Positions 18,108-26,921 of a stretch of 51,099 nt of DNA are shown here, in pieces. Both the position numbers and the translations under genes were made by a program. This DNA is from Burkholderiales bacterium (GTDB lineage Bacteria; Pseudomonadota; Gammaproteobacteria; Burkholderiales; SHXO01), in NCBI GenBank assembly GCA_035622675.1, contig DASPUW010000333.1, forward strand, positions 1 through 51,099. The letters run 5' to 3'. Numbering within the stretch: the stretch's first letter is position 1; the number at the start of each line of letters is the position of its first letter. The notes beneath the pieces were generated by a model that searched no databases, had not been told where the DNA came from, and saw only the letters and a program-made list of their open reading frames with translations.

Positions 18108-19471
18108 AGATCGCCCAGGAGGGTCGGGATCAATTCACTGACGGTGGGGTGAATGCGGACGCCGCGCTGCACCGCCGTATAGGGCAGGCCGGCATAGACG
18201 ACGTCCAGCAGCGAGTGGACTACTTCGTCTCCGCCGGTCCCGAGAATCGCGGCGCCCAGGATGCGCTGGTCGCGTGCGTCGACCACGACCTTCATGAATC
18301 CTGCTGGTTCGCCTTTCTCGACGGCACGCGCAACCCGTGTCATCGGCCGCTTCGCGGCCAGCGCCGGGATGCCCGCGCGCTTCACCTCCGCCTCGGTCAT
18401 GCCCACGCGCCCGAGGGGGGGATCGATGAACAGGGCATAGGCCGTGACGCGATCGGTCCATTTGCGCCTGCCTCCGTTCAACAGGTTGTCGGCGACGATC
18501 TCGTAGTCGTTGTAGCTGGTATGGGTGAACGCGCCCTTGCCGTTGCAGTCTCCGAGCGCCCACACGTTCGGATTTGTCGTGCGCAACGCCTCGTCCACCA
18601 CGACGTACCCGCGCCTATCGATCTGGATCCCCGCAGCGTCCAGCCCCAGGTCGTCGGTGTTTGGAACGCGCCCCACCGCCAGCAGCACATGCGAACCGAC
18701 TTCCGCGGATGCGCCCGACGCGCATTTTAAGTTGACGGCTATGCCGGAGCGGTCCCTGGCCAGCGACAGGCATTCGGCATCGAGGCGAAGCCCGATGCCT
18801 TCCTGCTGCAGGATCTCGTGCACGGCGCGCGAGACGTCCTCGTCTTCGCGGCCGATGAGGCGGGGGCCCATCTCGATGATCGTCACACGGCTGCCGAAGC
18901 GCCGGTACATCTGGCCGAACTCGAGGCCGACGTAGCTTCCGCCGATGACGAGCAGGTGTTCGGGGAGGAAGTCGACGTCCATCATGGACACGTTGGTGAG
19001 ATGGGGCACGAGGTCGAGGCCTGGCATGTCGGGCACCAGCGGGCGGCCTCCCACGTTGATGAAGATCCTGTCGGCACCGAGGACGCCGTCGTTTACGCGC
19101 ACCGTCTTCGGTCCCGTGAAGCGGGCATGACCACCGTACACCGTCGCGTTGGCGAGACCCCGCATCCAGTTCTCGACGCCTCGATTGGAACGCCCGGATA
19201 CGTCGTCTTTGCGCGCCTTGACGCGCCGCATATCCAGCTGCACCGGGCCGCCGATCTCGACGCCGTACTCGGCTGAGCGGCGCGCGGAATGAGCGGCGTA
19301 GGCGCTCGCCACCAGCGTCTTGGTTGGGATGCAGCCGTTGTTCACGCAGGTGCCGCCGAACTTGCCTTGCTCGATGACAGCGACTTTCATCCCGCCGGCG
19401 GCGAGGCGTGCCGCCAGCGGGGGTCCGGCCTGCCCGGTCCCGATGATGATCGCATCGTAGGACGCGTCCAT
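18092..19471 (-). CDS. FAD-dependent pyridine nucleotide-disulfide oxidoreductase (class I, MerA/RclA/Lpd-like)
   Basis: Start MDASYDAIIIGTGQAGP at 19471. Redox-active GGTCVNNGCIPTK and an NAD-binding GGSYVGLEF. No C-terminal Cys pair. Confidence 0.85.
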   Translation of the reverse strand: MDASYDAIIIGTGQAGPPLAARLAAGGMKVAVIEQGKFGGTCVNNGCIPTKTLVASAYAAHSARRSAEYGVEIGGPVQLDMRRVKARKDDVSGRSNRGVENWMRGLANATVYGGHARFTGPKTVRVNDGVLGADRIFINVGGRPLVPDMPGLDLVPHLTNVSMMDVDFLPEHLLVIGGSYVGLEFGQMYRRFGSRVTIIEMGPRLIGREDEDVSRAVHEILQQEGIGLRLDAECLSLARDRSGIAVNLKCASGASAEVGSHVLLAVGRVPNTDDLGLDAAGIQIDRRGYVVVDEALRTTNPNVWALGDCNGKGAFTHTSYNDYEIVADNLLNGGRRKWTDRVTAYALFIDPPLGRVGMTEAEVKRAGIPALAAKRPMTRVARAVEKGEPAGFMKVVVDARDQRILGAAILGTGGDEVVHSLLDVVYAGLPYTAVQRGVRIHPTVSELIPTLLGDLQPLA

Positions 19472-19476
19472 GGCTT

Positions 19477-19953
19477 CTACTCGGGGAAACCCGCCTCGTG
19501 GAAGACCAGCAGCGTGGATTCGCCCTCGGCGTGCAGCTGGAGAGAGTGCTTGTACAGAATCGCCCTTTCTGTCTTGCGCAATGCCTCGAGATAGGCCCGT
19601 TCCTTCTCCATCAGCTCGGGCGGGCCGGCCTTGCGGGTGGTCGCGAATCCAGGCCCCGGCCAGGTGAGCTGCCCGTTCGGGGTCAGCGAGTACGCGCCGG
19701 TGAAGCGGTTCACCGACCCGTAGCCTGTGGCTTTCCCGTCCGCTCCAAACGCAAGCGTCATGGTGGCCTGCATGTCCATGAGCGGCTGGCTGCCGTCCGT
19801 GCTGATCGATCTCAGCTCCCATTGCCGGTTGTAGAGCAGCTTGGCGATGTTCTCGCTCGTGATGACCGTTGGCGCCTCCTTGGGCGCCGTCGCAGTGCAG
19901 CCCAGCAGCGTCACCGCAGGCAGCAGTGACACCATCCAGCAGATGAATTTCAT
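19477..19953 (-). CDS. META-domain (HslJ-like) lipoprotein
   Basis: Start MKFICWMVSLLPAVTLLGC has a lipobox. The body WELRSI...LAFGADGKATGYGSVNRFTGAY...TRKAGP is typical of META domains. Confidence 0.78.
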   Translation of the reverse strand: MKFICWMVSLLPAVTLLGCTATAPKEAPTVITSENIAKLLYNRQWELRSISTDGSQPLMDMQATMTLAFGADGKATGYGSVNRFTGAYSLTPNGQLTWPGPGFATTRKAGPPELMEKERAYLEALRKTERAILYKHSLQLHAEGESTLLVFHEAGFPE

Positions 19954-19963
19954 GCGCGGTTCC

Positions 19964-21001
19964 TCACGAATGTGATGGTTCTTGGCCGCTGCCGGCTCGC
20001 GAGCCGGCAAGCCCGAACGATTCCGCCAGGAGCTGGTACGAGCGCAAGCGGCTCGTGTAGTCGCCAGTGATGGTGATGATCATCAGCTCGTCCGCCTCGA
20101 ACTGCTCTTTGAGCTGGAGGAGGCCGGCCTTCACCGTCTCCGGCGTGCCGATCACGGCCCGCGCGCGCTCTTTCGCGATCACAGCGCGCTCGGCATCGCT
20201 GTAAGGCTGCGCCAGCGCTTCCTCCGTCGTGGCGATGAGCCCTTCCTGCCCGCGCGCCATCTGCAGCCGGCGCAGGTCGATACTCGCCGCCAGGCGCTCA
20301 GCCTCCTCGCTGGTCTGGGCGCAGATGGCGAACACCGCTGCCATGCAGTAGGGCTCCGAGCCGCGGTACGACGGGCGAAAATCGCGCCGATAAGCGCGCG
20401 CGACGGCAGCGCCGCCGTGAGCGCTGATGAAGTGGGCGAACGAGAAAGGCAGTCCCAAATGCCCGGCGAGCGCACCGCTGTAGTCCGACGAGCCCAGCAG
20501 CCAAACCTGCGGCGAGGTCGGCCCCGATGGCATGGCCTTTACCGCGTGAAACGGATAGTCGGGCGGCAGGGCATCGTCCAGGTAACCCAGGGTCTCCTGC
20601 ACATGAACGGCGAAGCGATCCTCGGCATCCAGAGCCTCGGCGTTCAGCGCTCGGGCGGTGAGCAAGTTGCCGCCCGGTGCCCGACCGATGCCCAGATCGA
20701 TGCGTCCCGGGAACAGCGCCTCGTACATGCGAAACACTTCCGCGACCTTGAGCGCGCTGTAGTACGGGAGCAGCACGCCACCTGTTCCCACGCGGATACG
20801 TACTGTGGTGGCCGCGATCTGACCGAGCAGGATCTCCGGACAGGGGTCGCCCAGGCCTTTCATCGCGTGATGCTCCGCCAGCCAATAGCGGTGATAACCG
20901 AGACCGTCGGCGGCCCGCGCCAGCTCCAGCGTGGCATGGATCGCCTCGGCTGGCGAATGACCGCTGATGATCGGGGATTGATCGAGGATGGACAGGCGCA
21001 T
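19964..21001 (-). CDS. LLM-class (luciferase-like) flavin-dependent oxidoreductase
   Basis: MRLSILDQSP...YHRYWLAEHH...LGSS are typical of the LLM family. Confidence 0.85.
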   Translation of the reverse strand: MRLSILDQSPIISGHSPAEAIHATLELARAADGLGYHRYWLAEHHAMKGLGDPCPEILLGQIAATTVRIRVGTGGVLLPYYSALKVAEVFRMYEALFPGRIDLGIGRAPGGNLLTARALNAEALDAEDRFAVHVQETLGYLDDALPPDYPFHAVKAMPSGPTSPQVWLLGSSDYSGALAGHLGLPFSFAHFISAHGGAAVARAYRRDFRPSYRGSEPYCMAAVFAICAQTSEEAERLAASIDLRRLQMARGQEGLIATTEEALAQPYSDAERAVIAKERARAVIGTPETVKAGLLQLKEQFEADELMIITITGDYTSRLRSYQLLAESFGLAGSRAGSGQEPSHS

Positions 21002-21140
21002 GGTTGACCGCAACGCAGTTTACGCTGTGAGCGTCCCAACCGCGACGACGGGAACGCGCTGCCTGCTGCCGCCCAAGGGATTAAACTAGCTGATCGGCTA
21101 GGGAGGTCTCGGAATGCGATTGCCCTCCGCCTAACTCGGA

Positions 21141-23558
21141 ATGAGCCAGAACGTGACCTCGAAATACGTCTTCGCTGCTCGCTCCGCGGCGGCTTCGGCC
21201 GGCGCTGCCGCCGCGCTGGCTCTGTCTTGCGTCGCTGGTGCCCAGGACCTCGCGGGCCAGGACAGCGCGGCGCAAGGCAACGCCGCTCCGGTCAATCTCG
21301 AATTCACGCCAGCCGAGAAGGCCTGGTTGGCGGCTCATCCCGTCATCCGCGTGGGCGCCGAGACCAACTATGCTCCGTACGAGTTCCAGGACAGCCGCGG
21401 CCACTTCGCCGGCATGGTCGCCGACTACATGGAAGTCCTCAAGCGCCGGCTCGGCGTGCGCTTCCAGGTTCAGCAGATGCCCGACTTCGCCGCGGTGGAG
21501 AACAAGCTCAGAAAACGCGAGGTGGACGTCGTTCTGGCGCTGGCTCCTACCGCCGAGCGCGAGGAGTTTCTGCGCTTCACCAAACCCTACCTGCATTACG
21601 TCAACGTCATCGTCACACGGGACGACTTCCGTTTCGTCACGGGCGTGCGAGATCTGGCGCTGGAGCGCGTTGGCGTCGTCACCGGGCATTCGGCGGAGCA
21701 GCTGATCTCGCGCGCGTTCCCGAACAACAAGGTCATCGCTTATCCCGATCTGCTGCAGGGGCTGATCGCGGTGTCCACCGGCAAGGCCGACGGCCTGGTG
21801 GACGACATTTTTCCGATCGTCTTCAACATCCGCTATCACCAGATCAGCAACCTCAAGATCGCGACGCCGCTCGAGAAGGTGCTGCAGCCGAAAGGGTTCT
21901 CGATCGGGGTGCGCAACGACTGGCCTCAGCTCGTCGGTATCCTCGACAAGGTGCTCAACAACATCACCCACGAGGAGGAGCGCGAGATCTCGCAGAAGTG
22001 GCTGTCGGTGCGCTATGAGAGCAAGGTCGACTACCGGGCGATCTGGACTTCGCTCGCGGTGTTCTCGGCCATTCTTCTCGCGGCGGTGCTGTGGATCACC
22101 GTGCTCAACAAGCAGCGCAAGGCGCTGGTCGCGGCGCGCGCGGAAGCGGAGGCGGCAAACCGGGCCAAGGACCAGTTCCTCGCCAGCATGAGCCACGAGC
22201 TTCGCACGCCGCTGCACGCCATCCTCGGCTATGCCGATCTCATGCGCGAGAGCGCCATGACCGGCCAGGCTCGCGAGGATGCTCTGGCCACGATCGCAGG
22301 CAGCGGGCGGCACCTGCTCTCGGTGATCAACGACCTGTTGGACCTGTCGCGCATCCGCTCCGGCCACCTCGAGCTCACGCCCACGCCTGTTCAGTTGCCC
22401 GCGTTGCTCGAGGAGATCGCGGCCATGGTTCGGGTCGACGCCGAAAGGAAGGGCCTCACCTTTGTGCTCGACCTGGCGGCCGACTTGCCCGCTGTCGTGC
22501 AGGCGGACGGCAAGCGCATGCGTCAGATTCTGCTCAACCTGCTGGGCAATGCGATCAAGTTCACCGACGCCGGCGAAGTGACGTTGAGCGTGAGGGCAAG
22601 CGCGGCCGGTGAGGGCCAGATCCGGCTCGACATGAGCGTCGAGGACACCGGCATGGGGATCGCACCGGAGGACCGCACCCGCATCTTCGCGCCGTTCGAG
22701 CAGACGGAGCAGGGGCGGCGGCGCGAGGCGGGCGTTGGCCTGGGTCTCGCTATCAGCCAGGAGCTCGCGCACCGCATGGGCGGCAGCATCGACGTGGAGA
22801 GCCGGCTGGGTTCGGGCAGCCGCTTCCGGTTCACCGTGGTGCTGCCGCTGGTGCACGAACCCGAAGCGGTGGCTCCTGTGCGCACGCACATCGCCGGCTA
22901 CGAAGGCGGACGGCGGTCCATTCTGGTTGCCGACGATCAGGAAGAGAACCGCCAGCTGCTGCGGCGCATGCTGGAGGCGCTGGGCTTCGAGGTCGCGCTC
23001 GCGGGAGACGGCCGCGAGGCAGTCGCAGCGGCGCGCGAGCGCCGGCCGGATCTGGTCTTCATGGACCTGCGCATGCCCGGCATGAACGGCTTCGAGGCCG
23101 CGCGCGCTATCCGCCGCAGCCCGGGCCTCGACCGCGTGCCCGTCGTAGCGGCCTCCGCCAGCAGCGCCGATCTCGAGCACGCCGAAGCCGACGTCGACAC
23201 TTTCGCCGCCTGCCTGCGCAAGCCGTTCCAGACCAGCGATCTGATCGACGTCATCGAGCAGAGCCTTGGCCTGCGGTGGCGCTACGTCGAGGCCCAGACC
23301 GCCGTCCCCGGCAGCGAAGCGCCATCGCCCGAACAGCTCGTCGCTCCGCCAAGGAGCGTGCTCGAGACGCTGCTCGAGCTGGCGCGCCTGGGCAAGCTGG
23401 TCCGGATCGAGCAGCTGGCGCTCGAGCTCGAGCAGGAGGAGTCCCTGCGTCCTTTCGCTCGCCGGGTTCACGCCCTGGCGCGCCATCTCGACGAAGAGCA
23501 GCTGGTGGCGCTGTTGGAGCGCTGTCTGGGAGCGCAGCGCGATGCCGTCACCGAGTGA
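21141..23558 (+). CDS. hybrid sensor histidine kinase with periplasmic family-3 solute-binding domain
   Basis: Signal sequence, then an SBP_bac_3-like domain (IRVGAETNYAPYEF...), a TM segment, the HisKA H-box FLASMSHELRTPL, HATPase motifs (LLGNAIKFT, DTGMGI, GLGLAI), and a receiver (ILVADDQEENR...DLVFMDLRMPGMNG). Confidence 0.9.
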   Translation: MSQNVTSKYVFAARSAAASAGAAAALALSCVAGAQDLAGQDSAAQGNAAPVNLEFTPAEKAWLAAHPVIRVGAETNYAPYEFQDSRGHFAGMVADYMEVLKRRLGVRFQVQQMPDFAAVENKLRKREVDVVLALAPTAEREEFLRFTKPYLHYVNVIVTRDDFRFVTGVRDLALERVGVVTGHSAEQLISRAFPNNKVIAYPDLLQGLIAVSTGKADGLVDDIFPIVFNIRYHQISNLKIATPLEKVLQPKGFSIGVRNDWPQLVGILDKVLNNITHEEEREISQKWLSVRYESKVDYRAIWTSLAVFSAILLAAVLWITVLNKQRKALVAARAEAEAANRAKDQFLASMSHELRTPLHAILGYADLMRESAMTGQAREDALATIAGSGRHLLSVINDLLDLSRIRSGHLELTPTPVQLPALLEEIAAMVRVDAERKGLTFVLDLAADLPAVVQADGKRMRQILLNLLGNAIKFTDAGEVTLSVRASAAGEGQIRLDMSVEDTGMGIAPEDRTRIFAPFEQTEQGRRREAGVGLGLAISQELAHRMGGSIDVESRLGSGSRFRFTVVLPLVHEPEAVAPVRTHIAGYEGGRRSILVADDQEENRQLLRRMLEALGFEVALAGDGREAVAAARERRPDLVFMDLRMPGMNGFEAARAIRRSPGLDRVPVVAASASSADLEHAEADVDTFAACLRKPFQTSDLIDVIEQSLGLRWRYVEAQTAVPGSEAPSPEQLVAPPRSVLETLLELARLGKLVRIEQLALELEQEESLRPFARRVHALARHLDEEQLVALLERCLGAQRDAVTE

Positions 23559-24666
23559 GGTGCGCGACGCCACCCTGCTCATCGTCGACGACAAACCGCA
23601 GAATCTGCGTTTGATCTCTGACTTTCTGGCCGAGCACGGTTTCGATCTCATGCTGACCCGCAGCGGTGCCCAGGCCCTGGACAAGGCGCGGCTCGCGACG
23701 CCCGACCTGGTGCTGCTCGATGTGCGGATGCCGGACATGGACGGTTTCGAGGTGTGCCGCCGCCTCAAAGCCGATGCGCGCACCGCGAACGTGCCGGTGA
23801 TCTTCATGACCGCGGTGGACGATACCGCCCACAAGGTCGAAGGGTTCCTGCTTGGCGCGGTCGATTACATCACCAAGCCGATTCAGCGCGAGGAGTTGCT
23901 GGCCCGCATCCAGCATCACCTTCAGTTGCATCGCCTGCAGGCGGAGCTCGTCTCCAAGAGCCGGGACCTGGCGTCGAAGAACGCCGAGCTGGAGGCCTAC
24001 GGGCACACCATCGCCCACAGCCTCAAAACGCCGCTCGCTGCCGCGAACCGTTTTCTCGACATCCTGTACAAGTTCAAAGCGGACAACTTGTCCGACGAGC
24101 AGAAGCACTTGCTGCATCAGGCCATCTCCGCGCTCGCGCTGACCGGTGAGGTGGTCGATGCGCTGCTGCTCCTGTCCACAGTGTCGCAACAGAGCGTCGA
24201 TGCGCAGCCTCTCGATATGGGCCGGCTGGTGGGGCACGCCCTGAGTCAGCTCACTGACCTGCAGACACGCACCCAGGCCAGCGTGCGGGTGCCCAGGGCC
24301 TGGCCGCGCGCCGTGGGCTACGCACCCTGGGTAGGCGAGGTGTGGCTCAACCTCTTGAGCAACGCGCTCAAATACGGCGGCTCGCCGCCGCACCTCGAGC
24401 TGGACGCCTCGGCGGACGGGTCGTACGCGCGCTTCTGGGTGAACGACAATGGGGAGCGGCTCTCCGAAGATGAGCGCACGCTCGTCTTCCTTCCCTTCAC
24501 CCGCCTGCAGCAGGATCGCGCCGCAGGGCACGGTCTGGGCCTCACGACCGTGCAGCGCATCGTCTCCAAGCTCGGAGGTGAGGTCTGGGCCGGCGCAGCA
24601 CCCGGCGGCCGAGGCAACCAGTTCGGCTTCACTTTGCCCGCGGCTGCGGGCGCGGCGCGCCCGTGA
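23542..24666 (+). CDS. receiver-domain-containing histidine kinase (REC-HisKA-HATPase)
   Basis: ATG at 23542 overlaps the upstream gene by 17 nt. The receiver reads LLIVDDKPQNL...DLVLLDVRMPDMDGF. The H-box-like segment is IAHSLKTPL, and the ATPase has NLLSNALKYG and GHGLGLTTV. Confidence 0.85.
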   Translation: MPSPSEVRDATLLIVDDKPQNLRLISDFLAEHGFDLMLTRSGAQALDKARLATPDLVLLDVRMPDMDGFEVCRRLKADARTANVPVIFMTAVDDTAHKVEGFLLGAVDYITKPIQREELLARIQHHLQLHRLQAELVSKSRDLASKNAELEAYGHTIAHSLKTPLAAANRFLDILYKFKADNLSDEQKHLLHQAISALALTGEVVDALLLLSTVSQQSVDAQPLDMGRLVGHALSQLTDLQTRTQASVRVPRAWPRAVGYAPWVGEVWLNLLSNALKYGGSPPHLELDASADGSYARFWVNDNGERLSEDERTLVFLPFTRLQQDRAAGHGLGLTTVQRIVSKLGGEVWAGAAPGGRGNQFGFTLPAAAGAARP

Positions 24667-24710
24667 GCCGAAGCGCTGTATCCCGGCCCTGACCGCATCC
24701 AGATGGCAGC

Positions 24711-25340
24711 ATGAAGATCCTGCACGCAGACGACCACTCGATGTTCCGGGAAGGGCTGCGCTTCTTTCTGAAGCTGCTCGACCCTCAGGTGGTGGTGCTG
24801 GAGGCGAGCAACATCCAGGCGGCGCTGGACAAGCTCGCGCTGGAGGCGCCGGTCGATCTGATCGTGCTCGACCTGCAGATGCCCGGCATGAGCGAGCTGG
24901 ACGGTTTTTTTGCCATCCACCGGCGCTATCCGAAGCTGCCCATCGTGATCGTGTCCGGCCTGAACGATCCGCGTACCATCCGCGCGCTCATCGACGGCGG
25001 CGCGCGCGGGTACATTCCGAAGCTCGCCACGAGCGAGCAACTGATGGACGCGTTGCGACGCGTGATGCGCGGCGAGGTCTATCTCCCCGACGCCCTGTTC
25101 ATCCCCGATGCCCAGTCCGCAGGGGCGAAGGGCGACGAAGCGGCGGCGTTCACACCGAGGCAGCTCGAAATTCTCCCGTTGCTGGCCGAAGGAATGCCGA
25201 ACAAGCGCATCGCGGACGCGCTCGACGTGACCGAAGGCACGGTCAAGCAGCATCTCAAGGATCTGTTTCGGCGCCTCAACGCGCGCAACCGCACGCAGGC
25301 GGTGAAGGAGGCGCGGCGTCTGGGGCTGCTGCCGAAGTAA
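24711..25340 (+). CDS. NarL/FixJ (LuxR-type) response regulator
   Basis: REC domain (ILHADDHSMFREGL...LIVLDLQMPGM) plus a LuxR HTH (LTPRQLEILPLLAEGMPNKRIADALDVTEGTVKQHLKDLFRRL). Confidence 0.92.
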   Translation: MKILHADDHSMFREGLRFFLKLLDPQVVVLEASNIQAALDKLALEAPVDLIVLDLQMPGMSELDGFFAIHRRYPKLPIVIVSGLNDPRTIRALIDGGARGYIPKLATSEQLMDALRRVMRGEVYLPDALFIPDAQSAGAKGDEAAAFTPRQLEILPLLAEGMPNKRIADALDVTEGTVKQHLKDLFRRLNARNRTQAVKEARRLGLLPK

Positions 25341-25474
25341 GCGCGGCGCTCATCGCAGCCCGATCTGCCGCAGGGACAGCCGGTTGGCTCGTATGCCAGG
25401 GGATGTCCGTTAGAATGACGCGTGGGTGCGGCTCGCGTCGTTTTCCCGCTCGCTGCTTCTAGAGGACAACGGGG

Positions 25475-25804
25475 GTGTATGTCGTGCTGAAGAAATGGGA
25501 GTTCCGGTTTCTCACTGCAGTCGCGGCGCTGACGCTGCTGCTGGTCGTCGTCAATGCCGTGCTGTTCCTCGGCAACCGCAGCACCCAGACCGAGGTGAAC
25601 AGCCGCCAGCAGTACGTCCAGCAGAGCATCCAGCTCGAAGGCCTGTACCGCGAGATCGTGAGAGCGCTGGCCGACCTGTCCATCAAGAACGATGACAAAC
25701 AGATAAGGGACATGCTGGCCAGCCAGGGCATCAGTGTCAGCGTTCCAGGGCAGGGTGCCGCACCGGGAGGCGGTGCAGCCAGCCAGAGGGGGCCAGGCAA
25801 ATGA
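25475..25804 (+). CDS. small single-pass membrane protein, unknown function
   Basis: 109 aa from a GTG start (an alternative GTG lies at 25484). One TM segment (FLTAVAALTLLLVVVNAVLFL) is followed by a Gln-rich helical segment. Codon usage fits the neighbouring genes. Confidence 0.55.
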   Translation: MYVVLKKWEFRFLTAVAALTLLLVVVNAVLFLGNRSTQTEVNSRQQYVQQSIQLEGLYREIVRALADLSIKNDDKQIRDMLASQGISVSVPGQGAAPGGGAASQRGPGK

Positions 25805-26106
25805 GCGATGCGCCGGCCAGAGTATTTGTCCCCGTGGCGCTGCTCGCGGTAACGCTTTTGCTGTGGGTCGGGTTCCAGACTACGCAACTGGTACGAGAAC
25901 GCGAAGGGCTGCAGACCCTGCGCCAGGGCCAGGAGGTGCAGGTCCAGTCATCGCAGAAGCTGCGCGCCTCGCTCGATGCGATCGCGTCGGGGACGGCCAA
26001 GCTCGCCGGGCAGGGTAATCCGAACGCGAGACTCATCGTCGACGAGCTCAAGAAGCGCGGTGTGACGATCAACCCGAACCAGCAGCCTGCCGCGCCCGGG
26101 AAATGA
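25801..26106 (+). CDS. small single-pass membrane protein, paralogue of the preceding gene
   Basis: 101 aa. ATG overlaps the upstream stop (ATGA). One TM segment (VFVPVALLAVTLLLWVGF) is followed by a Gln-rich helix. The C-terminal part resembles that of the preceding protein. Confidence 0.6.
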   Translation: MSDAPARVFVPVALLAVTLLLWVGFQTTQLVREREGLQTLRQGQEVQVQSSQKLRASLDAIASGTAKLAGQGNPNARLIVDELKKRGVTINPNQQPAAPGK

Positions 26107-26140
26107 TTCGAGCTGCCGCTCGCGCAGCGGGATGCAAAAA

Positions 26141-26178
26141 ACGAAGAAGGCAGGTTTCCCTGCCTCCTTTGTGTTTCT
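26141..26178. terminator. bidirectional rho-independent terminator
   Basis: Stem AGGCAGG (26148..26154) / CCTGCCT (26159..26165) with a TTTC loop. It is flanked by an A-run upstream (GCAAAAAAC) and a T-rich tract downstream (CCTTTGTGTTTCTG). Confidence 0.7.
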
Positions 26179-26184
26179 GCTCGA

Positions 26185-26211
26185 GAGCCGATGCTCTGAT
26201 CCGATCGGCTC
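26185..26211. terminator. second hairpin between convergent genes
   Basis: Perfect 8-bp stem GAGCCGAT / ATCGGCTC with an 11-nt loop. No T-run. Confidence 0.35.
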
Positions 26212-26225
26212 CCAGGCATTAAGCC

Positions 26226-26729
26226 TTACTGCTTGTCGGCTGCACGGCCCGGCTCATTGGCCTTCTTGGGCTTGCCCTTCACCGTGTCGTCCGCTGCGCG
26301 GCCATACTTCGCCGGCTTGTTGGCCTTGACTGAACCGTCGTCGATTGCGCGGCCAGCGGTCTTGGCCTTGTTGGGGGCCTTGACCGTACCGTCATCGATC
26401 GCACGGCCCGCGGTCTTCGGCTTGTTGGGCGCGGTCACGGCATCGCCCTCGATGGCGCGGCCAGCGGCCTTGGGCTTGTTGGGCGCGGTCACGGCATCAC
26501 CTTCGATGGCGCGGCCGGCGGCCTTGGGCTTGTTCGGCGCGGTCACGGCATCACCTTCGATGGCGCGGCCAGCGGCCTTCGGCTTGTTGGGCGCAGTAAC
26601 CGCACCGCCTTCGTCGATCGCACGTCCGGCCTTGGGCTTGTTCGGCGCCGTAACGGCGTCGTCGGCAACGGCCGGGAGCGCGAAACCAACCACACCGGCC
26701 ACTACTAGCGCTGAAATCAATGCACGCAT
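26226..26729 (-). CDS. secreted tandem-repeat protein (Lys/Pro/Ala-rich 18-residue repeats), unknown function
   Basis: The ATG at 26729 is preceded by AGGAGA. The signal peptide is MRALISALVVAGVVGFALPAVA. About eight repeats of AVTAPNKPKAAGRAIEGD follow, and the last ones are degenerate. Confidence 0.75.
   Translation of the reverse strand: MRALISALVVAGVVGFALPAVADDAVTAPNKPKAGRAIDEGGAVTAPNKPKAAGRAIEGDAVTAPNKPKAAGRAIEGDAVTAPNKPKAAGRAIEGDAVTAPNKPKTAGRAIDDGTVKAPNKAKTAGRAIDDGSVKANKPAKYGRAADDTVKGKPKKANEPGRAADKQ
26232..26657. repeat. 54-bp in-frame tandem repeat array
   Basis: The anchor GAT(G/C/T)GC recurs at 26343, 26397, 26451, 26505 and 26559, spaced exactly 54 bp. The next anchor (26616) is 57 bp on. 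Units 26451..26504 and 26505..26558 differ at 2 of 54 positions. Confidence 0.9.
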
Positions 26730-26921
26730 GAAATTTCTCCTGGGTTGAGGTTCCACCGCCGCCTGCCGGGGTATCCACTAGCGGTCATCGCTTAAGAGTT
26801 CCCCTCTCACGATGCCGGGAAGAGGCGGGCTTCCGGGGCGAATCATCTCAAGACCGGGCGGTAAGCGAAATTCCACGTCGGGAGAGCGGCTTATCACTTT
26901 GGTTATAGCTAGCCCCGGGCC

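Noticed and set aside
18092-19471. Specific call as mercuric reductase (MerA).
   Set aside because: The CxxxxC redox centre is shared by the whole class I disulfide reductase family. There is no C-terminal Cys pair, no NmerA domain and no merR/T/P genes nearby. The generic family call is kept.
18092-19822. Long N-terminal extensions implied by the ORF-track starts. This one adds 117 codons. Others are 935, 2700, 14884, 16467, 23266, 35437, 38215, 46222 and 50187.
   Set aside because: In each case an internal ATG/GTG coincides with the start of the homologous domain or a signal peptide. It also gives an RBS or avoids overlap with the upstream gene or terminator. The extensions have junk-like composition.
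21081-23834. 917-aa ORF on the minus strand, the longest ORF in the window.
   Set aside because: It lies antisense to the hybrid histidine kinase, whose plus-strand frame has unambiguous HisKA, HATPase and receiver motifs. The minus-strand product is Arg/Ala/Gly/Leu-rich with no recognisable motif. Long antisense ORFs are a typical artefact in GC-rich DNA.
26232-26657. Regularly spaced 54-bp repeats, considered as a possible CRISPR array.
   Set aside because: The units are directly adjacent with no spacers. They are in frame within an ORF that has a signal peptide and RBS, and they translate to a coherent 18-residue peptide repeat.
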